Assembly (NCBI GenBank): GCA_965644295.1
Contig: CBFFRP010000066.1
Span: forward strand, 1-64,000
Direction: 5' to 3'
Length of the DNA stretch: 64,000 nt
DNA from: Paraphysomonas bandaiensis
Lineage: Eukaryota; Protista; Chrysophyceae
The notes under the pieces are model-generated. The model was not told where the DNA came from, ran no database searches, and worked only from the letters and a program-made list of their open reading frames with translations. Position numbers and translations under genes: made by a program. Every line of letters begins with the position of its first letter. Position 1 is the stretch's first letter. Positions 1 through 8,546 of this stretch are shown piece after piece.

Positions 1-157
1 TACAGAATAGCATGCCTCCGGTATTCACAAATGCCAACGGGACTAGGTGTTACGTAGCCGTCAAAACGAAAATCCCCGGAGAATTATAAGTTATAATAAT
101 GATTTGATATGGAATGGAATTGAGAGAGCAATAAGAATAATGTGTCCAGCGTGGAAC

Positions 158-3100
158 TTAATAAGACGCACGGACCTGAGGATATTTGTTGGCAAAATCC
201 TCGTCCACGAGTACCATTGTGCTAGCATTCACCTCGGAATGAACAAAGCAATGCACTAGGTAATTATCATAACGGTAGGTACGGAGAGTGAGAAGATCCT
301 TCACCGATAAAACTCGCTTAGAGCTCTTGTGATACCAGTGTGTGAACTGGATAGGAGCTACATAAGTAATGAGATGAGAATCTGGTAATTCCAACTCATC
401 GTACCAAGCATCACCATAAATTCGCAAATCAACATAGGCTAGATCACCAGGTTGAAACTGAGTGATCGGTTGCCTGCGGAAATCCGCGATGTATTTCTTT
501 GCATAGTCAGCAGTATAAATAAGATGGTAAAGATATCGTTTTCGAGAACAGAATTCAGCATAAGGAACGGAATCAAAAATATCCTTGCTGTAAGGGACTT
601 CTCGGACATCTCCATCTTGAAAACGCACAGTGAAAACCATGGTAGATCGAACCTCTCTATCACCACGGTAATAAAGGATTTCATCAATAACATGTTGATC
701 CTGATCCCGTAAAGCCATTTTATAAGCAGCATCAGAATCTCCCGGAAACAATTTAACATCGCTCACGGAAACACGAACCACTTGCCCAGTGGCGAGATGT
801 TGACAGTCTACGTCATTCTTGTACTGGGACTTGACTGAGAAAGGTCCCATATACCGGTGAGACATCTTAGGATGAACCTTTGCCCCTTTGTCAAATAAGA
901 CAAAATCTCCCGGTTGATACCTATTCTGTCTATCGGGATGCACACCTGTTCCTGCCCTCTCCGTGGCTAACTTTTGCTGATAAGCTTTGGAAGCCTCTCG
1001 GAGTTGGGCTAACTGATCATTAAGCGCAGTGAGTCTAGCATGCGCCCGATCGGGAAGATCTTTGATATCCATGTTCAAATAGTCAAGATCCTTTGAGCCA
1101 AACGTCAACTCAAAAGGCGAAAATCCTGTTTCCGAAGACACTTCAGAATTTAGAAGATATTGAACACTTGCTAACCAACTAGGGTCCTCAAAGATGTCTT
1201 GTCGTTCCTCCCGTTCACTGTAATCATAGACCAGAGCACGTAGATGTCGAACTACTTCTCCAATAATTCTTTCACATCCATTTGCATGGCGATTGGCAAT
1301 ACTAAAAGTGTGCCGAACACCCATGTACTCCGTCAACTGTTTGAACAAATCTGAAGTCAAATCCGGTCCTTGATCCGAGATTATTAGATCTGTGTGACCG
1401 TAATGACTCCAGTATTTCCATATAGTATTTGCAAGATTAAGAGCCGTCACACCTTTGACAGGTTCAAGGTACACAAACTTGGTGAAAAGATTGACCACCA
1501 CGTTGATATGTGTATATCCCTCTGCACCGTGAGGTGTGATCTCAACAGCATCTATACCAATCGCGCTACGAGCATTTGGGGGCTTGAGATTTCGTACGAT
1601 CGGAATAAGAGCCTCCTTCATAGCCAACCTCGTTTTCACACAATTTGGGCACTTAGAGATATAATCCTCAACAACCTTGTAAGGAATATTATGACCCGGG
1701 AACTCTTTGTTTAAGCGTATCCAGGTAGCCCTTCCCCCCATGTGTCCAACTCGCGCGTTATGAACCTCACGCAACGCCGTCTCCGGTGATACATGAGATG
1801 TTGGAGGGTCCTCAATCTCTCGATCATCCGGGTTCATAAAGTTACCCAGAAAGTTAAAGTACTCATACTCATTACAGTCATCCCCCATGAAATAGGCGTC
1901 ATCATATTCCTCCTCTGGGAATATTCCAGAGAGTACAGCGACCTGATGCTCTCTAGATAACCAGTCCGCCAACCAATTCTTGGCACCAGATATATGACGA
2001 ATGCTGAAGTTGAAAGACTGCAAGAATATCCTCCATCGTGTAATCTTTGGAACATCCGAAGATTCCATCCACAATAGATTGTTATGGTCGGTCTCAATTG
2101 TGAATTGCTTGCCTATTAAGTAATAAGCCAAGTGTTTAACACTGTAGAAAATTCCATATGCCTCTTGCTCTATAGTTGACCACTTCTGAGCTTGGGCAGA
2201 AAACTTTTTGGAAATGAAAGCTATAGGCTGCCACTGTATGCTCCCATTCTCTAATATTTTCTTTTGCAATAACACTGAACCTATTCCCAACTCACTAGCG
2301 TCAGTACGCAATGTCCACTCAAGATTATAATCAGGATAAAACAGCTCACAAGCGTCTTGTAGTCCAGCAATGAAACGACGATACTCTGCCTCGTAGTCAT
2401 GCCGCCATGTGGACTTATCCCAATTGAAACTCGACTTTGTCATGTCAGTCAAGTGAGCAACTAAGTCAGAGTATCTAGGCGTAAAACTAGAAAAGAATAC
2501 CCCTTTACCCAGCAACGATCTGGCCTGTTTGGTGTTAGTAGGCATTGGAATCTTGCCGAGAGCCTCCTTCTTATCGGGATTAACCTCATATGACTTGTGA
2601 CGGCAAACATATCCAAAGAAATCCACTTTTCTAAACCCCAACCAGCTTTTTGGCATTTTAAGTTTCACATTCCTTTCAATACATCTGTCAATAATCTTTT
2701 CGAACTTCTCATAAGCATCCTTGGCATCATTAGCCAATATAAGCATGTTATCGAAAATGACTATGGCCCACTCAGAGAAATCATCGAATATTTCTCTCAC
2801 AGTTTCCTGTAAAACTCCCGTGGCCGGAGCAATACCCTCTGGCATGAAATTAGGAGCAAATTGCCCCCAAGGCGTCTGAATGGATAGGCGCTCAGAAGTT
2901 TCATCATCTAATGGAATTTGATGAAAAGCATTTGTTAAATCTATATCCATGTATAGCGGAAAGTTGATAATCTTGTCCAACTCATGCTTAACATTAGGAA
3001 TCGTATAATTTCCCACTTCCATGTGCTTGTTAATTTGCACATAGTCACCACAAAAACGGATATATGGAGGAGTGGCTTTGGGAGCGACCACTAGGCATGA

Positions 3101-4141
3101 AGCCCAAGGAGAACGACTCTTTCGGTAGAAATAGCCACACAGTCGCCGAAACTCCTTCTCCGAAGCCTCCCACAGCTTAGGATTGATCGGGCGAGCCTTT
3201 GGTTTCATTCGGTCCGGGAGAGTGCTTTTCCATTTTAGAGACAAAGGGTCCACACCTCTCACACCGCTCCATTCGTCAGGCACGAACACTTTTTCAGCCT
3301 TCGTTGACAACAATTCCATAATCTTAGTTTCACTTTTCATTTCATCACTGACATGAGTCTCTATCTGCTCATGATAGTCTTGGAGGGCTTCCTCCCTAGA
3401 CTTTCCTAAGAATGTCAACGCATCCTTGAATTGAACCGGTAACTCAGTTTCCTCATCCTCTGGGGCAATAGCATCACTCGCTCTTGACCATGGGTGCACA
3501 CGGTCATCAGAGTCAACCGTGTCCCCTGCCAGAGATGACAACACATTCGAATTTTCATTATCGGAGACACCCTCGATTTGAGTGTCATGTGCCTCACGCA
3601 TAACAGCACACATGAAAGGATATAATTTTCCAGTCAGCGCAGGCAACCCCAAAATAATATCATTACTCGTCATATCGATCACAAAGAATTCACCCGTATA
3701 TTGATAGGTATGACTCTTCGGATCAGTCAGCACTAAATTTAATCTGACTCCTTCATTGAGATCCTTCACCGTTCTACTATCCGCCAATACCACACGGTGT
3801 TTAGCTTTATAAAAACGGCTCGGTTCTAGTTTGTTCCGCAATCTGTCCACCAAATCCCTCGACACATAATTGGCTGAGAGGGCTCCAGTGTCACACAATA
3901 TTTTTACTAACTCCTCTATTCCAAATTTTCTATCTAAAGTAATCCTTCCTATAGTGTGCGCTGAAGAGAAGCTCTTGGATGAAGGATAGCAGGGATACAG
4001 CTTAGCCTGATCCCCGATACAGACATTGGAGGAATTCGCAAACTCATTAAGATCATTAGAATGCACTGAACATTCATCATTCTCATCCCGAGTCTTTGAA
4101 TTGGAATCCTCCTTGTCTGTATCGTCACATCCACCGAACCA
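158..4141 (-). CDS. pol: Ty3/gypsy (chromovirus-like) Pol: aspartic protease, RT, RNase H, integrase, chromodomain
   Basis: Protease LCDTGALS; RT IDLTNAFHQI...MPEGI...IFDN; RNase H TDASELGIG...EQEAYG...TDHNNL...ADWLSR; integrase HHCC (HNARVGH...CPNC) and D-D-E (GIDAVE, ISDQG, GCERI); chromo-like VIDEILYYRG. The frame is open back to 4141, directly after the gag stop. Confidence 0.95.
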   Translation of the reverse strand, partial: WFGGCDDTDKEDSNSKTRDENDECSVHSNDLNEFANSSNVCIGDQAKLYPCYPSSKSFSSAHTIGRITLDRKFGIEELVKILCDTGALSANYVSRDLVDRLRNKLEPSRFYKAKHRVVLADSRTVKDLNEGVRLNLVLTDPKSHTYQYTGEFFVIDMTSNDIILGLPALTGKLYPFMCAVMREAHDTQIEGVSDNENSNVLSSLAGDTVDSDDRVHPWSRASDAIAPEDEETELPVQFKDALTFLGKSREEALQDYHEQIETHVSDEMKSETKIMELLSTKAEKVFVPDEWSGVRGVDPLSLKWKSTLPDRMKPKARPINPKLWEASEKEFRRLCGYFYRKSRSPWASCLVVAPKATPPYIRFCGDYVQINKHMEVGNYTIPNVKHELDKIINFPLYMDIDLTNAFHQIPLDDETSERLSIQTPWGQFAPNFMPEGIAPATGVLQETVREIFDDFSEWAIVIFDNMLILANDAKDAYEKFEKIIDRCIERNVKLKMPKSWLGFRKVDFFGYVCRHKSYEVNPDKKEALGKIPMPTNTKQARSLLGKGVFFSSFTPRYSDLVAHLTDMTKSSFNWDKSTWRHDYEAEYRRFIAGLQDACELFYPDYNLEWTLRTDASELGIGSVLLQKKILENGSIQWQPIAFISKKFSAQAQKWSTIEQEAYGIFYSVKHLAYYLIGKQFTIETDHNNLLWMESSDVPKITRWRIFLQSFNFSIRHISGAKNWLADWLSREHQVAVLSGIFPEEEYDDAYFMGDDCNEYEYFNFLGNFMNPDDREIEDPPTSHVSPETALREVHNARVGHMGGRATWIRLNKEFPGHNIPYKVVEDYISKCPNCVKTRLAMKEALIPIVRNLKPPNARSAIGIDAVEITPHGAEGYTHINVVVNLFTKFVYLEPVKGVTALNLANTIWKYWSHYGHTDLIISDQGPDLTSDLFKQLTEYMGVRHTFSIANRHANGCERIIGEVVRHLRALVYDYSEREERQDIFEDPSWLASVQYLLNSEVSSETGFSPFELTFGSKDLDYLNMDIKDLPDRAHARLTALNDQLAQLREASKAYQQKLATERAGTGVHPDRQNRYQPGDFVLFDKGAKVHPKMSHRYMGPFSVKSQYKNDVDCQHLATGQVVRVSVSDVKLFPGDSDAAYKMALRDQDQHVIDEILYYRGDREVRSTMVFTVRFQDGDVREVPYSKDIFDSVPYAEFCSRKRYLYHLIYTADYAKKYIADFRRQPITQFQPGDLAYVDLRIYGDAWYDELELPDSHLITYVAPIQFTHWYHKSSKRVLSVKDLLTLRTYRYDNYLVHCFVHSEVNASTMVLVDEDFANKYPQVRASY

Positions 4142-7083
4142 TCAAGGGCGGGAATCACCGAAGTGATCCCTCCTCAAGATGGTCGGTTGTTTGTCCCTCT
4201 GCTCCGAACTTCCCGCAGACTTAAGATACGCATCGATCTTGTCCCGCATTTCGGACGCAGAATCCAACAGACATTTCGCATTATGATTATAAGGACAGTC
4301 TGTTTTGTCGCACTTGCCATACATGATTTTTCTTAGACACCCATACTTATCGGTCTTATTATTCTGAGCACCAGTTGGTCTAGCATGCATGGCTGACAGA
4401 GACCTATCAGAGTTAAAACGACGCTCCTCATCAACTGCTGCGTCATTACCCGACATTGGTTTCACATCTGTCATCATAGCGACTTGTTTATCGTCATGTA
4501 CCTCCAGATTACTGGACCGCCAAGTCTCACTCGGAGCATCCCACAAATCATCATCATTGGGTACATACCCATCATTATCATCCCACTCATCGTTATAGTT
4601 TCCTCCAGACTCATCGTAAGTATCTAGATGTGACACTTGCGAAACCCTTGGTTTAGAATCAACACGACTGTTCAACGAAGGTTTGTTGGACTGTTGAGAG
4701 AATAGTTCCTTTCTCCTCTTAAGATAGTCCTCGTGCTTCTGTTGAAACATCGTAGTCGACTCCATAGGTAACTGTCGGTACGCGATGGTTACTTGATAAT
4801 GATCCAAGAGTACAGCCGAATACTCTTTGAAAAATTCGCTCATAGAGTCAAATTTATTTGTCGACATGCACCCCAACACATACTTAACATAGGTCCCGTC
4901 ATTCAAAGTCTTAAAGAGTCTTATCAATCCGTACTCTTTGTCATCGATACGAGGACACCATGTTTTGTTTGAGACCAACATGATAGACAACATTGTTTGG
5001 AACGACTGCATCAAGTTCAATTGCTGATGATAGAATGCCTCAAAAGTCACAGCATTTACATACTTCCAGTCCATAATTTGGATATGTTTCAATGAATCTC
5101 TGAGTTCATTATAAAATGCCACGCAATTGAACACTTTGGTCTCCTGAGCCACAATGAGAAGCAAATCCGAAACATCCATTTGTGCTAGCTGCGCATGTGT
5201 GATGCTGTACACATTCCGCAGATGTGCCTTCAAACTGGTTGAAAGTACCTTTTGAATTCGCACCTCAGTTTCTTCTTGCTCTTGAAACTCTAAGATGTCT
5301 TTGATCGCTTTCGCCACTTTACCCAACTTGAAGTCATTGATGCGAACATGACACCTCCTTTCCTCTCTAGTTATGGTAAAAGCAAACTTTTTTCAAACTT
5401 GGGAAAAATTTCTAAATTTGGGACTTTTTAAAAAATTCATCATGAAAACCTCATGTTTATTGATGATATAATTTAGACAGAGGTAATGTTATAGAAGTAA
5501 GTGTTACTAAGTGTATGATATAGATATACTATATAGATATATGATATATGTATTATTATTATATAATATGAATACTCTTCTCTACTAATAACTATAATTT
5601 TCAATTCTCTTCCTGTTACGTTTACCAATGAGTACAGGCGCAGCTCCAACCGCTCCTGTGTCTACCCAATCCGTATTTGGAACAACTTCGATATCCCACC
5701 TACCTGATGTATTCGTTTTCTTCTTTCCGGAGGGTTTTATTGCAGGTTTCAACTCTTTCTGCCTTATACCTCTGATAATTTCACCATCTATAAATTCTAT
5801 ATCATACCTACCATCTTTATATCCAATAACACTACCATTGAAATTATATATATTTCTAATTTTCTCACCAACAGCATATAGTTGCAAATCATCACTACTA
5901 CAACTACTATCACTGGAATCAGATTCATATCTTTCTGAAGCCTGAGTTTTATCGACAACAACGCTATCCCTTGAGCTGCTGTAATTATCAACACAATCTT
6001 CCTCATCACTGATATCTGAAAGCTGAATAGTCTTGTGTCGCTTCCTTAAATTTTTAATCCTCCTTCCCTTATTTTTTCGCCGACTTATCATACTACTCGC
6101 GGTTTCAAATTGGTTATCCACCTCTGCGGACGACATAGAATCCGTTTCTGGTCTACAACGTCTAGTGTTACAAGTCGTTCGAAGCCTTCTTGCATGATGA
6201 TGGCTTGCAGATTGACTGGTACTACTACACAAACAAAATAGATAAGGAAGGTTATTTTTTATCAAAAAGTTATTTGAATCTCACCATTGCATGATGTTGT
6301 CATCTTCGCTACTACTTTCACAATCAACGGAGGCATCCGACAATACCACTCCACCACCATTATTGCTGGATATCGATTGTGCACGCGTAGATACGTCTGC
6401 AATATCGCGAAGCAAAACTACACCTTGATTTCCCACTCCATCAGGTGGCGAATCTATTTCACCAAACGCACTCCATCAGGTGGCGAATCTATTTCACCAA
6501 ACAGTTAAACTGTTTTGGCACTAGCCACCTCAGAACTTTTCTTCAAATCCCTGAATAACTTGCCCGCTTTCTTGCCCTTGAAGATGTTATCCATGAGGGT
6601 AGGCACATCATTAGCACCATCACCATCAACATCGGGATTCGAACCATCGTCCTCCTTGTTGCTATTATCTTCCTCCTGAGGAATAATGCGAAACTTAGCC
6701 ATGTTTTCCAGAGTGGAATACCTCGGCTGACGTTTGTGTTTCGACGTGCGCTTGGTAACCTTTTGCCGCTGATGTGAGCCCACAGAAGCCTGAGACTGAC
6801 TGCTCTCACCATCCTCAACATTTTGTACTCTATTCTCCAATATTTGCATCCTGCTGCTGAGGTTAGACACTGCAGTAGCCACCTCTGTAAAAGACTGAGA
6901 CATGGCACGAACTGTGTCCAAAATCTCCTGGTTTGGATTGATGTTTGGAGCAGAAGACTCCTGAACGACATCCTGCACACCTCCAGCAGCATCTTGTTTG
7001 GTTTCACCACTACCAGCGGCTTCCTGATCTTTCCCAGGAGTTTTCTTGCCGCCTCTCCTCGTTTTACCAGTCGGAGTAGACAT
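4142..7083 (-). CDS. gag: Gag of the gypsy element, split by a 1.13-kb insertion (coding 7083-6508 plus 5377-4142)
   Basis: Removing 5378-6507 restores ...AKTV-TITREERRCHVRINDFKLGK... in frame, about 603 aa. Coiled-coil N-terminus and C-terminal C-x8-C-x4-C-x3-H finger, directly upstream of pol. Confidence 0.85.
5378..6507 (-). other. Captured intron-containing gene fragment (Tudor/SH3-like C-terminal domain) inserted in gag
   Basis: Exon (about 6467-6285), 60-nt GTGAG...TAG intron (6284-6225), exon to stop at 5585 (YAVGEKIRNIYNFNGSVIGYKDGRYDIEFIDGE), then AT-rich tail. 35-bp tandem duplication at 6434-6502. No TIRs, only AA microhomology. Confidence 0.7.
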
Positions 7084-8546
7084 GGTTAATGAGAAGAACT
7101 TCCGCCTCAAAGACTATATCCACCAAACTTTTCCCTAACACACTGAGACAAGCAACCCTGGCAACTCCTAGAACCACTGACCCAGAACTCAACAACACAC
7201 CAAGACAAATCCCAAAGACAACCCTGCGTAAGAATCCAAAAACTCAACACTCAACACTCAACACTCAAAACCGTTGAACCCGTCGGATTTGTACAAGTGA
7301 CAACAGTTAACACACAGGCGGTATCCACGGTCGATTGACTTCGAAAAGAACCGAATTTCCTCAGTCACCACACTGTGAATCAAACAATCACCACTGAACA
7401 AAGAGCCTAGAGAACGACTACTGACAACTCACACCCAGAGAACAACAGACAACCAACAACAACCGGCAACCGAAGGCAACAGACAACAAGCCCAAAGAAT
7501 CAAGCCCAAAGAAGCGTGTCGCAGTTAGTTTCTTATAAGAGTGTGAAACAACAGCGCAAAGACAGAAATTTCTGTACGAGCAGTAGTAAATATTTACTAT
7601 AACAACACCCGGTTTGATAACCAGGGTGTTGGCTCGTAAACAATAAAACTACAACAACACCTACACTGAACCAACAAGCACAGTAATAACGGTATTATTA
7701 TTAAAACACTTTTTTCCAAGTTTAGACCTAAACTCAGTTAGTGACTCCCGCGAAGAGTCACCGCGCAATGGTATACCGCTGGCACCCAAGATCACTAGCA
7801 CCAAGCTTTGGTCTAACTTAAAACAAGTGATAAACACCATAGAAGCACATATGCACACACACACACTCCTAACATGGTGCAACACACGTGGTGTCATCAC
7901 ACCACCACAGGTTGCGCAACTCTTCAATCAAAACTGAAAAATACACAGCAACCTGACAGGGAGTGACTCACCAGCATATGCCTAGAGTACACCGTATACT
8001 ACGTATCTATACCCTACCAGAGACTGAAAACCCCATAATCCAGGAAATACATAAATACGGTACGTATAGTACGTATAGTACGCACACCACATTTGCAATC
8101 GAACCCCAATAAGCCTTGCATGAACACTCGTGCACCTCAAGTGTATAATAGCGACTTCTCTCCTTTGATGGTCACATGTACTTGCCCCCCTATAGGGTAG
8201 TACGGGTAATACATGTATGTATTTATATGGAAGTATGTACTGCAACTGCTATACAGGAATACGGGCCCACATAACTTTGATATAAATTTGCAGCAGGTTT
8301 CACATCAACCGAAGTCACCAGCAGCAGATCATAGTCGTACATCATCATCAGCAGATAAAAATTGGACATCATACCCGAACGTTGGCTCAATATGTAGGTA
8401 CACTGTGGTACATTACCAATGTCCAAATGGTGTTGCATAATATGTATCCTGAACACAATGAAGGTCCTAAAGCAATATATAGGGTCCTGATATAGGGTCC
8501 TAAACCAACATAGGGTCCTAAAAGTCAATGTAACCATGCATGTGAC

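Noticed and set aside
4142-4144. UGA reassigned to Trp or read as selenocysteine
   Set aside because: TGA ends eIF3j and the protease at plausible C-termini, and no SECIS element or selenoprotein context is visible.
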